Source: Chrysomallon squamiferum
Taxonomy: Eukaryota > Animalia > Mollusca
Assembly (NCBI GenBank): GCA_012295275.1
Contig: CM022665.1
Coordinates: forward strand, 37,696,001 to 37,760,000
DNA length: 64,000 nt
Reading direction: 5' to 3'
The notes below the pieces were generated by a model. It was not told the DNA's origin. It saw nothing but the letters and a program-made list of their open reading frames with translations, and searched no databases. The position numbers and the translations under genes were made by a program. Below, piece by piece: positions 23,421 through 37,086 of this stretch. Position 1 is the stretch's first letter, and each line of letters starts with the position of its first letter.

Positions 23421-24070
23421 GTAACGGTAGTCGACTGACGTACAGTGTTTGGTAGCTGGATCAAGTGTGAGGAGAGGTGTATATGCACTCTATTATACCA
23501 AAGGTCGTGGTAGGTGCTTTCCTGTCATTGGAAATATCACTGGTGCTAATCGTAATTAGCGCGAATTTTCTTTCTTATTATCTGAGTGTTCACATACTTT
23601 TAAACTGTGTTGTGAAGTTAAAAGTAGCCTGTTTATTCTTATTTTCAAGTCGGGTTTATTATTTATAGGCCTCTGAAAGCCTGCATGTTGGTATATTACT
23701 TATTACTATTAGTATTAGATGATTAGTTACGGTGCAGCGGACCTCATCGCCCGCATTTAACTATTAGCTCTGTTTACAATATAATTAAGAAATGCCAGAC
23801 TTTGTTTTAACAGCAATGTACTGATTAAAGAAGAGACGATTGTGATTTTTTTCCCGAGGAACCGCGTTTTATCACAGAACTCTTCTAGAGAAGAATCAAA
23901 AGTACATGCGTCTCTACGGAAGTGCACGTGTCTTGACAAGTCTTCACAACTGTTTTTCATCTTCACCGTCATTGCTGCGTCTTTATGGTATCCGAGTAAC
24001 GAGTAATCGTCGCATCTCATTTCGTAATTTTACGGTAATTCATCTTATAGTGACTAGAGCTTTTTGGGTA
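23400..24070. promoter_or_regulatory. Probable shared/bidirectional promoter RBM25 <- -> DPP3, with a probable DPP3 5'UTR exon ending at 24067
   Basis: Locally CpG-rich versus background; CGGAAGT (ETS-like) abutting CACGTG (E-box) at ~23917-23930; + strand donor TGG|gtaagt at 24068; DPP3 first coding exon starts with an acceptor at 25978. Confidence 0.55.
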
Positions 24071-24417
24071 AGTTCATGATAACGCTGATGCAATATCACG
24101 AATACCCATTCAATTATTGCATGTTGTTGCTTGTGTTGGTTACATTATATGTGATACCGCAGCGTTTCCAAATTTCACTTCTAATGAGATTAAATGACTT
24201 ATCTCAGACTAGGTTACATTAAAATATCAGAAAAAGATAAAAGTTGATGGAGGAAAAATGTAAAAATAGTTTACAGTATAATGAGTATTATATCTAACCA
24301 ACTTCTTTCTAAATACAAATCTATATCAGATAATAATTATAGTTAAATATAGTATTATACTTGTCATGTATTTATAATATGTTATTTAATTTAAATGTTT
24401 TAATGAAATATACATGG

Positions 24418-24461
<44 letters not shown>

Positions 24462-25818
24462 TATTAACATTGTTATCTGAGTAAACTGATTTCTTTTGCT
24501 GCACTTTATGTAAAATACCCATGTACATGTTTACTTAGATATTTAAGATAAAATTTAATTGACACAATAAGAAATGATGGATTGATTTATGAACAAATAT
24601 TTACGCACAAGTATTTATTTATGATTATATAGGTCACCAGCAACATAATTTGTCATAGTGTATTTTGTAATAAATGTTCATATGAAAAAACGATGTAAAC
24701 TGATACCTTTAGCCTTAAATAATATATTATAGGCATGTTTAAGCATTATTATATACATTTTTACAGTGGCTTTTTGTATAAATATACAGCAGAAGATATG
24801 AAATTAACTTCAGACAAAAATATTTCCTACTTTCATTTTCTGTATTTGGAAATTAGATTAAACAAGATTCTTTGAAAAATGTTTTCCTGGAAATAGTAGT
24901 GACTGTAACTAGAAATATTTTACATGTTCGTACATGCTTACCTTTGTAATGACATAGTCACGATTGAAAGCATGTGATCATTTTGAAAAAAAGAAAAGAA
25001 AAGTATGCAGTTTATTTAGGAATTTTTCAGTTGTAAATATTAACTTCTGAAAGTGTTACACAAAGTCTGGAATGTCAATACCTGTAAGTTCTCTCACTTT
25101 TGTCTTGCTATTTTTTTCAAATTGTGATATTTTTAGATTAACTTTGTTTTTTTATTTGTTTAAGGATTATATTTCAGTCTGTGTTTATATTAAAATAGTG
25201 AGTTATGAAACACATTTTGATCAGTTTAAAAGAGTGGGAAAAAAACAACACATTATCAAGTAATATTTGTGTATTTAAATACATATATTTACTTTATATG
25301 TAATGGTTACAAAAGTAACATTTTGTTTCTTCAAATATTTTTATTTTTTTGCAGAAAAAAAAAAAAAAAGTATATACTTTTAAATTTGCATTAGGAAATC
25401 GTTGTTAATTGAAGATATTATTTTTTATTTAATTTTTCCTTTGCTTTTTTCCTTTTTGTTTCAAAAATTATGAGGTTTCTGGAAAAATTAAATTATATAT
25501 ATATATGTGTGTGTGTGTGTGTCTGTGTGTGTTATTTATTTATTTTTATTAATTTTATTTAATGGATAAAAAATAAAAGAACATTTTGAATTCACAACTT
25601 TCATGTTCTACACCACTTATCAGATAATGCTATCTGAAGTATTCTTAAAAGGCCACTGACGTTTTAACTAAAATACAAGGTTATATTTTATCAATTCTTG
25701 TTTACTACTTCACTCAGTTAGGTCAAAAACAGAGTAATACATACAATGGAAAGGCACATTTCTCTTTAGTTTAGATTTTATTTTATTTTGTTTTATCTTA
25801 TTTTACTTATTATTTATT

Positions 25819-25850
<32 letters not shown>

Positions 25851-26005
25851 GCAAATAAAAAAAAAAAAATTGGAAATTTTATCTGACTTGACTTGACTTT
25901 AATCTTTTACTTCATTTCATTTCACTTTTACTTTTCCAATATTAATGTATTTTTTATTTTATTTTTATTTTTTTAAAGGATTACTGGTTAAATTTCACAT
26001 CCAGG

Positions 26006-26161
26006 ATGTCAGACTTCTCGCAGTATGTACTTTCCAATGAGACAGGAATTTGTCTTCTTGACTGTGAGTCAGCTTTTAACAGTCTGACAGACAAAGAAAA
26101 ACTTTACTCGCACTTCTTGTCACGAGCATCGTTTCATGGAGGACTTATTGTTCTGTTGCAG
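26006..26161 (+). CDS. DPP3: DPP3 coding exon 1 ([11 protein letters not shown]...LIVLLQ)
   Basis: ccaggATGT; CAG|gtaaat. Confidence 0.93.
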
Positions 26162-29100
26162 GTAAATTATTATTTAAAAAAAATTCATTATTGTTTTTAA
26201 ATATTATTATTATTACTATTACTATTACTATTATCATCATTATTACCGATATTAAGACATCTTTTTTCAGTTACTTGTTATTTTAAAAAAGCAAATTTCT
26301 AAAAATATAATAATTAATATATTTTCAAAGTTAAATAATCTGTTATTATTAATAGTAGTAGTATTTTATTTTTGGTTTTATTTTTTTTTCTTAATAATAT
26401 TTTATTATACAGTGTTTTATAAATAGATTCTACATTCCTGTCCTTAGTGTGCATTTTCTGTTTGATACTTTTTTCGTTGCATTGTTGTTACTAATATCAC
26501 ACAGTGTGTTCCTCATTTAAAAATCTGTCACAGTCATTCTTGGGGTCAAATCAGCAAAAAAGTTTAAATACAAACTTTCTTTGAAAATTGGTTCCTTATT
26601 GGTGGGAAATACCAAATACTTCTTGAATCAAATCAATAAGTTAGGAAATAGGACATTTCAAAATTTACATTTTCAATAAAACAATTACATGATCCACCTT
26701 TAAACCTTGTTTCTCACAATTGTGTGGATCACACTGGACAAATGTGGATCACTAGAAAGGGTATTGACTGGTGTTTCCAAATTTGTCATTACTTCAGTGT
26801 TTTCACTGTTGATGAATTTGATCTATGACTTTGTGAAACTGGTGACATTCAAATAAATTTCATTCAGAATTGTTAGCAAAGATGTTGGCTACAAGTTTTA
26901 ATATATATGTTTTTATACTTTTATTTTCCAGATCCCATGCAAGTAGAAATGGCAGAAGATACAATATATACTTGGCACTCTTTAGACTGTGAAATCTTGC
27001 ATTGTCATGAAAACTGGAAGTGGAATTTCCTTAAGACACAGATTATGCAATATGAGACTGTCCTTTAAACAACAGAGAGGAAAGTTTGACCATGAAGAAC
27101 GAGAAACATTTTTTTTTCCATCATCAGTCCTTGTTTAAACAAATTATACTGCTGTCACTGGAATCATTAGGTATGTCTGAAGATAATTGCTTGTTTGCAT
27201 CACATGGAGTAGATAAAAAGGCAAATGACTTACATATGTTAAATAAATTGATATTGTTGAATACTCTAATTAAAACTAAAAGAAAAGCAGTGGCTATAAA
27301 TGTAATGACAGGAAAGATCAATATTTATTCTTCCTTTGTAAACTCTCACTGTAATAGACTATTCTGATATTATTGTATTTAGACCCCAATGTTGCCTTCA
27401 ATGTTTACTTTTTCCCAGTTTCCATTGAAACCATCTTGACAGAGTTGTCTCAGAACCCTGCCCCCCACCAAAAAAACTATATATTCTTGATATCATAAAA
27501 TGTACCTGAAAGATATTAAATTTATAAAAAGAAAATCTTTATACTTCCAAGTTACATTTATTACAGTGAAAATATACAGAGAAAGAATAATTATTGACCT
27601 TTTCTCTTATTTCATTTACATCCACTGCTTTTCTTTTGTTTTAACGTTAACTTTAATATCAGTTTATTTAATTTAACACATACAGTTTGCCTCTTAGCCT
27701 CTCACTCCATATGTTGCAAGCAAGCAAGCAATTTATCTTCAGATATACTTAATGGTTCCAGTGACATCAGTATAACATGTTTAAATAAGGTATTATGAAG
27801 GAAAAACAATGCTTATTTTCCCCAGGCTTTCTTCATATCCAGTGACTTTCATTTAAAAAACCCCAAAACAAAACAAAAAAAATCTTTTTTTTGTTTTAAT
27901 TTTAATCACAGTGTGCTTACTGGATAATATCCCTGTCTTTGGGAGATTCTTGTCCCAAAGTTTCACAGTCTAATTTGTATCAAATACAAATTAAATCTTC
28001 TCATCTGCCTGCTGTTATTCGATGTCACCTTGTAGCCAATATCCTTTAGTTCAAGGACATGGCTTTCAGAAGATCAAATTCAAGGTCACAGTTATAAACA
28101 TTTAATGTACATCAGTATTTCTAAATCTATTTTTTTAATTATTTTTACAGACATCTCCAGAATCTCCTGGAATATTTGTCTTGCTACAGAAATTATTCAG
28201 AGCCCAGCCAGTTAAGGAACTGGAGAAGCTTGCCTTAAAGAAAGGTCTCAGCCCTGAGCAGGTTAAAGTAAGTTGATATATGCAATATGGCTTAAAATGG
28301 AATTATATTTGAATTTTAGATAATTTATACTTTCCTCAGTGATAAAAATAGTAGTAATGACAGTGGTAGTAGTTAAAAGTAGTAATAGCAGTTATAAAAA
28401 TGGTTGAAGTAGTAGTTGATTTAATATATATGTGATAGTAGTTATAGTAAATGTAGTGGTGAAGTATAGTAGAAGTGGTGGTAGTTGAATTAGTAACTGA
28501 AGTAGTAGATATAGTTAAAATATTACAACAGTAAAAGTAGTAGTAGTAGTAGTAGCTGTAGAAAGCTGTAGAAAATAAAGAAAACAGTTTTGAAAAAAAT
28601 AGATAAAATTAGGTCCATACCATTTTATTAGTGATTTTTAGTAATTAAAATTATCAAACTTTTTTTGTAAACATTTTTTTTTTACAGGCTTTATTTATAT
28701 ATGCTGCTGGATTCTATTCCAACATGGGAAATTATAAATCATTTGGAGACAGCAAATTTATCCCAAATCTTCCAATGGTATGCTTTTTTTAAAAATTACA
28801 ATATTTAATATTCATTTAATAATAATTATGTGTAAATGTAACTATATTGTTTGTAAAATTGAATCTATTGTTTGACAATCAGTGTAATGATTGTGGAAAT
28901 GACAAATGATTGCATAGTCTTTTTATTTTCATAAGAATGTAAAATTATCACTTGTTAGTATATATTTGTTTTATTAATTTTTATTGTAAAACATGTATCA
29001 GATAATTTATTTGTTGATTTATTGATTTAGTTAATTAGTTAATTATTTTGTTACATACATACTTATTTATTTGTTGTTTATTTACTGATTTATTTACCTA

Positions 29101-32100
29101 TTATTTAGGAAATGTTTGAGACTGTTGTATTAAACAGTGCAGCAGCAAATGAAGATCCCAAAGGGATAAAATCACTGTGGGAATCACTCAAAGGACCAAT
29201 GTATTCTCTGGATGAACGAGTGAAAAGTCTGGGACTTGGGCCAAAGGTATGAATATGATAAACATTATTTTGCATTTATAATCATCTTCAGTATTTATTA
29301 ATGCAGAATTCCTTGTATTACAGACAAAATAATATAAAAGTTTATTATAATTATAAGAGTTCAATATATATTTATTTATTTTATTATTTTTATTTTCTAA
29401 TTAAATGTGTCTGTTTGTTTATAACACATGTAGGATCTACTTAATATTACACAGAAACATTATCAAAAGAAAGAAAATTCTGTTAAAAGTTTAGGAATCT
29501 CAGTATTCATTTTGCTTATTAATATAAGTTAAAAAATTGTCATTTTTGGAAAAAGGAAATCCATTATATTATAGACTAATAGAAAAAATAGAAAATATAA
29601 GAACATTACTAGATATCAAAGAGGGTGCCTTATATATATATACTTCGTATTTTTCAGAGGATATGGAACTATCATGATTTCTGAATTCTTATTTATATTC
29701 TTATGATACTGTATTTACTTACATTTTTAAGATGAAAACTGTTACTTATTTTTTTATGATTCATTAAATATTTTATTTGTTTGTTTATTCTAGGGAATTA
29801 CAACCTACTTCTCCAGTAATTGTGAACAGAAAGATGCAAAACTGGCTCAAGAATTTTTGGACAAATGGTAAGATAAACTTGATATTTAATTTTTAATGTG
29901 GTTAGTTCATAAGGTGATATGTATTTTTCATAAAAATAAAGTTCAGTTTGCAAGTAACATTTTTGTATTTTTAATAACAATTATTCTGAAAAATATTTGT
30001 TTTACCAAGTATCTGGCAGCACAAAAAGATTATATTTAAATTTTATTAATTAAATAAAAATGTACTATAAATGTTAATTTAATCGTTATTTATTTATATT
30101 TCATTGCAAATGGATAAATATTTATTGATGTTTTTTGGTGTAAAAATAATTGTTTGAGTTTTTGACTTCCACATTATTTAATACATTTGTTATTAATATA
30201 GTATTATTTTGATTAGTTATTATCTCACTGACATTTAGAGAGAATCATGTTTGCTTTGGTTTTACATATTACAAATGAACAGTTATTTAAAATCATATTT
30301 ATTTACTTTGTTTTATATATAATAATATATAGTATTCTTCTGTGAATATCAATAAACATGTAATTATTGTTATTTAAAATATTCTATTATTTACTTGGCA
30401 AAATTCTACAGTGATTATAATATTATATGAATTTATTGATTAATTCTTAATTTTATATAAAATGAGTGTGATTTTCAGTGTACATATTTATTAGTTCCTT
30501 TTTTTATTATTTCATGGTAAATTAGGATGCTGTTCAAAGTAGATATATATTAGTTCATTTTGTAAAATTATTATTTTATACAAAACCAGCATTGTCTTCT
30601 AAGTAGACATTAAGTGGTTGAGTTTTTATTATGATAAAAATTGGTACTTTCTTGAATGTTGGTACTTACTGGTTCTTTACTTCATTTTGTGTTGTCTTGA
30701 GTTGCCCCATGACTTTTCAGGGTATAAGTCCATATAACACAAGACTGTTCAAAACAGAAGCACCAGGGCAGCAGAAACCTGTCTATGAAGTGCGACTAGC
30801 ATCTGTTGAGAAAAAAGGTTTGTCAGAATTGACGTATTTTCATTTTGCTCAAATTTGGATAATACCATGCATTGAATTGTGCAAAATTAAAAAAAAAAAA
30901 AAAACATTGTAGATATGTATGAAAAAAAAAATAATAATAATAATAATACTATTCAAGAAAATTTGTTTAAATATTTATTTTTATATGGATATTTTTATGT
31001 AGCTGGTCCTATTCCTGGTCTGAAAGATGGAATAATTGGACAGCATGAATTCAAACCTCAGAACAGTGAACAGACTGTTACTTTCAATGTGACAAGGGGA
31101 GATTACTCAGAACTGATGACCCTGGTGGTTGAGGATCTGAAGAAAGCAAAAGTAAGTCTAATAAAGAAAAACTTACTTAATACTTTCATTGTATTTTTAT
31201 TTTTTTATTTTTTTTTATAAATGACTTCTGATTTTTTCTAAAATTATAATTTTTGGATAAATTATCTTTCTTAATAGTTTTATCGATTCATTTAATTATA
31301 TTTATTTTTTTATTATACTTTTCTTTATAAAAAATAGAAAGCAGAAAAGTTTAAGTTTAAGGAATTCTGATGGTTATTTATAAAATTCTTGTTTCAGTGA
31401 CATTCTTCATTGAACAAATTAGGGAAATTAAAGGTTTAGATTTTGCAGAATTTTGGACCTAACTCAGTCATCTAATAGCATCCTGTAGACTGAAGAAATA
31501 TCTTGCAATTATCTCAGAGTTTAGCATATTAAATAAATGGTATATAATATTATATTTGTTGGTAGGCATTCTTCTTAAGTAAATATATCTTTATGTTTTA
31601 TATTTGTTTTTCAGTCATATGCTTTCAGTGACAATGAGAAGAAAATGCTGGAAGAATATATTACTAGTTTTACAACTGGTTCCAATCCTGCTCATAAAGA
31701 TGGTTCCAGATACTGGATAAAAAACAAAGGACCAATAGTTGAAACGTAAATTTTCAGAATGAATAGAAAAAATTAAAATCGTGATAATTAGTCTAGCTGG
31801 CAAAATGAAAAACATTTATTGCATAAGTAAAGAAAAATGTAATAACATAAAACAAGCGTTGAAATGTAGGAAGACAGTTAAAAAAGAAAAAGATGATCCA
31901 TGATTGTGTTCAATTTTTGTTACTTTGAATATTGTAGCAGTGTTCTACTGTTCGAAGAAATGTCAGTCATGCAACGATTTTAATAGGTTTTTCTTGTCTG
32001 TTGGTTAGTCTTTTTTTTTTTCAGATTTAATACTTATTGCAAGTAAATAACAGGAAGGAAAAAATAGAGATTTCTAATTACTCTTTGTTTGAGAAAACAG

Positions 32101-35100
32101 AACATTTCTAATAGTTGTAAATGCAGATAAAAGAATAGAAAAATGACATGAATTGTAACAAATCAACTAAATAATTTAAGTTTCTGTCTTACAAATTAAG
32201 TTTATTTAATTAATATTATTTTTGTCTGTTTTAGTTACATTGGATTCATTGAATCTTATCGTGATCCGTTCGGAGTTCGAGGTGAATTTGAAGGTAATTA
32301 AGTATATGATTGACATATGATAACTTGTTGATCATTTAGCCATGACTGCTGATACGTTACTTCTTGTTAAAGGTTTACATAGTATAAATAGTTTCAGTAT
32401 ACAACTGCAGTTCAGCATGGACTACAAAGGGCACATATAAAAGTTTGCTGTCCTTCCTTTTAAGTTTTCTCTGAGTGCTGCTGGCAGTCATTTCTATCCA
32501 GAAACATATACATCTTCTTACACCAGTCCTAATTTATTTATTTTTTCTCTTAAGAAGTCCAGTTAATTATTATATGACATTTATTTATATTTTAAAACTG
32601 AAACAAACAAAACCCATCCAAATTGTAATAATAGTAATACCCAATAATTTTATATAGTAGTATGGTAATAATTGTATTAGGAATATATAAACCCCAAATT
32701 ATTTGACTTTATGCAAAGTATTTTTTTTATTTTTTTATTCAGAATTTATACATTTATCATCTGAACAATTGTTATAATTTCCTATTATTGTGTAGCTTGT
32801 AATTTGCATAATACTGATAACAAATTTTAATTATTTCTCTGTTATTTAGTGTGTAAAATTGAACAAATAGTAAACAAATTCCTTTTTGACAGTTAACAAA
32901 AATGTAGGTGTTTTTGTTATTTTGACTTAGGTTTCGTTGCTGTTGTTAACAAAGAAATGAGTGCAAAGTTTTCTGAGCTGGTGAAGAATGCTGAACATTT
33001 CTTGGCTTTACTTCCCTGGCCTGCAGAGTATGAAAAAGATACATTTCTGCGACCAGATTTTACTTCTCTTGACGTTCTGTCATTTGGAGGAAGTGGAATC
33101 CCTGCAGGAATCAACATTCCTAACTGTGAGTTTACAATGATTATTTGTTAATTGTTGTTGTCTGTTTGAGCAGAAGTATTTAAACCAATTCCATATTATT
33201 TTATGTAAAATCAGTTTGCTGAATATAAGTAAGATGTGGTTACAAGTAAGCCATTATGACGGTGTGAAATATAATTCCCCCTATCCTACAGTAATTCATT
33301 TTAATACCAATATAAATCATTTATTTTCTGTCTTAAAAACATGTATAATTTTAGCAAAATGAGAAAAAATACAATGATGAATGCAGAAGTGTATAAAAAA
33401 AAAAAATGGATATATAGACAAACATTGTTTGAGAGAAGCAGAACTTTTAAGCAGATGGCCAAAAAAATAAAACTACATTTATAATGTCTACTAAATTATA
33501 TTGTATTTGGATTTCATATTAATATATATATATATGACTAAAGTTGAACATGGTTCACAGTTTTTTAGAATAAAAATTATTTATAATTTTGTCTCCATTA
33601 GATGATGACATCAGACAAAATGAAGGTTTTAAAAATGTATCTCTTGGAAATGTCCTCACATCAGGATACAAAGACACTGTTATAACATTCCTTTCTGAAG
33701 AAGACAAGGTAACTTTGTTATTTATTTATTTATTTATTTTTTTAAATAAATTTATTTATATATATTACATCCAACCATACTCATCACATACACATCCACA
33801 CATATAAAAAAGAATCTGTTTATCAAAAGAGTCCATCTTGTATGTATGTGTTCCAGGGTTGAATTATGGGGAGGAGTTTTCTAGTTGTACACAAACCTCC
33901 ACCAGCTAAAAAAAAAATTTTAAATATAAAAACAAAATAAAAATTGTTGTGGGTACCCTCTTGTCCCCTCGTTAATGCTGGTCTACCCCTAACCCCCAGT
34001 GTTACTTTTGTTTTCAGGAATTGTACCAAAAACTAAAAATTCCATCCTTTGAGGTTCAAGTTGGACTGCATGAGTTGTTAGGTCATGGAAGTGGAAAGCT
34101 TTTCAGAAAGGTATTTAATAATGTTCTTCATGTTGATGATATTACTTTGTTTAATTTACCTAATTTACACTTGAACTGAAAAATTATTAAACACGAAATG
34201 ATCACATGGCATCATTGTAATATTTCTGAGTTTACATATATATTGAAAGTATTAAAAAATGGTTTTACAATATACTGAAATAATAAATTTTATTGCTTTA
34301 TAATCTTGCTAAAATGTGTTTTCTTGCATACATAGATGTACTTTATTTTTAGTATATACTTCAGCATGATTTCACATGTTCATGTCCTACATGCATTTAT
34401 AATTAAATCTTTTTTCTTTTTTTTAATTATTAATTAGGATGAAAATGGAAAATTTAACTTTGACATTCAGGCTGTAAAGCACATTGAAACTGGAGAAAAG
34501 GTAAAATTATTACAATCTGTAATATAAAATATATTTTTGGAATTAACTGCTGATTAAAAAATAATGATAAATTTACTCATTTTATTTTACCAGTTTTTAT
34601 CATGTTACACTTGATCAGTGTAAACTTTTAGCAATCAAGTATATTAAGAAATTGATATATATCTGATGATTAATGGGATAATAGTTTGATCTGAATCTCA
34701 TTATCAAATTTTTGCAGCAGTTTTGGTAATTAAAAAATCAGTCTCAATTATGATTATAAAAAGAATTAATTTATGTCTTTACTAACTCATTATTCGTAAT
34801 CAATTTTTAATTTAGTCACGAGGTTCTCTTAAATCATGTTACTGAACACAGATAATTATTGCTTCCAGGTTAAAACTTACTATGAAGGGAATGAAACTTG
34901 GGATAGCAAGTTTTCTGAGATTGCCTCCTCTTATGAAGAATGTCGTGCAGAGTGTGTTGGGATTTATTTGTGCCTTTCAACTGATGCACTCAAGTGAGAT
35001 ATTTCAGTAATAAAACTCTGGTTGGTGTAAATACATCAAAATTAAAATCTGGTATTTTCCAACAAACCGAATCAGTTGAAATGGTTCACTTTAAATGATC

Positions 35101-37050
35101 ATTTTAAATTTCAGAGGTTAATTAAAATATTTACATTTTAACCCATCCAAATAGATTAATTAAATAGTGCAGATAGACAAATTTAATAATTAACATTTTA
35201 GCATAATAATAGATTAATTAAAACATTCGTATATTCATAGTACTGGATGAGTAGGTGTGCATGTGTACATGTGTGTTTGTGTGTGTGCTTATTTGAGTGT
35301 GAATGATGTTCATGGACTGTGATTTGTGTGCATACATATTCTATTTTTAAATGTGTATTCATTTATTTTACTATGTTTAACAGAATATTTGGTCACATAC
35401 ATGATGATGCTGATGATATCATTTATGTAAACTGGCTCAATATGGCCAGAGCTGGACTTCTGTCACTGGAGTTCTACACTCCTGAAAAAAGACAGTGGAG
35501 ACAGGTTTGTTTTAAAACATTTACTTCAGTGGATGGTTGAATACACATATAAATGAATGGATGTATTCTTTTTTTTTTTAATGACACCATGAAAAGATGT
35601 ATTAGTAAGAATTATTTTGTGACAGGCATATATCTGTGTGTGTAATATGTAATAAGGAATCTTGTTGCCACTGTTGCATGTGATAGCTGTATCCAAGAAA
35701 TGTTCTGTATGTGTTTGATGTGGTGATGATTAGTTAATGCTTCTTGTTATTTTTTTACAAATTAATGGATATGATAATGGTAATATTTCTTAAAGTTATG
35801 TCTACTTTTTATAATTAGAATAAAATAGCAGTATATTATTTCCATTTTGTATTGCAGTTAGCATATTGTTTAATTCACAAAATAATATTTTATTATTAAC
35901 ATTATTCTTAATTAAGTAGAATTTAAGAAAAATGTAAATAAAGTAGATATTTTACCCCGAGTTTCCCATTATGTGCACATATTTGCGTAGAGATACTGAA
36001 CCATTTATTCAGCATCCAGAAATAAGAAAAACCAAGAAAATTGGTGATTTTTGTAAGCAGCTACTTTTGAATGAGGTACACTTTGTTTTAGTTTCCATGA
36101 CTTCAGTTCAAGTGAGTGTGTTACTGTGTACAGGTATTTTAAGAATTTTAAGTGAATTAATAGAGATCAAATAGATGTGTATTAATTTATATCTGTTAAA
36201 TACAGTTTCTTAGTATATTTTATATCTTAAGTATATATTTAGCCTTTATACAGAAATCCATGCCATCTCTGGTCTCAAGCTTGCTGGATAAATGGTTTGG
36301 TACCTGTAAATGATGTACAAAATGCAGATTTTTGCAGAGGGTGTCACAACAGCACCCAACTTTTCAACTTATGTCTTCCACCACTGAAAAAGAGATTTGA
36401 TCTGCTGATAGAGAATGACTCAAAAATTACAAAATAATGCCAAAAAATGTGGATGGATGGTCTTGTGAATCTTGATATCTAACCTTATGTTGAAGACTGT
36501 CACCAAGAAACCTGTCTTGAACATATTAATAAAAAAACAACATAAAAAAACCAACTAACTCCTCTTCACCAAAAATCTTAACACATTGTATATTATAACA
36601 TTTTTTTAGGAAAATCTTTTAAGAAATTTATAAATCCTTCATGATTTTTTCTCAGGCTCACATGCAAGCCCGTTTCTGTATCCTGCGTGTGATGCTGGAA
36701 GCAGGGGATGGTCTCGTCACAATCAAGAAGGTGACTGGTGCAGATGGAAAACCAGATCTGTTGCTGACTCTGGACAGAACAAAGATCATACCAGTAGGAA
36801 AACCAGCCATTGGAAACTTCCTCAAACGACTCCAGGTCAGCAAGTATTAAAATAATAGCTAAATTGCAATTAACCTTTTCTGCGGGTTAAAATGAACACA
36901 GCAATTTATCTTTTTGTGTTTGTTAAAATGAAAATAATTTAGTCAGTTGTTTTTGCATGAATTTAAAACTAACCTAGTTGGAAATCTGGACAAAAGAATT
37001 CAAAATGTATCTAACTATGCCTAACTGGAGTTATTTCCCTTGTATTAATT

Positions 37051-37086
<36 letters not shown>

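Noticed and set aside
26500-28100. Possible transposon remnant in DPP3 first coding intron
   Set aside because: Higher-complexity sequence but no TIR/TSD or recognisable transposase peptide found by eye
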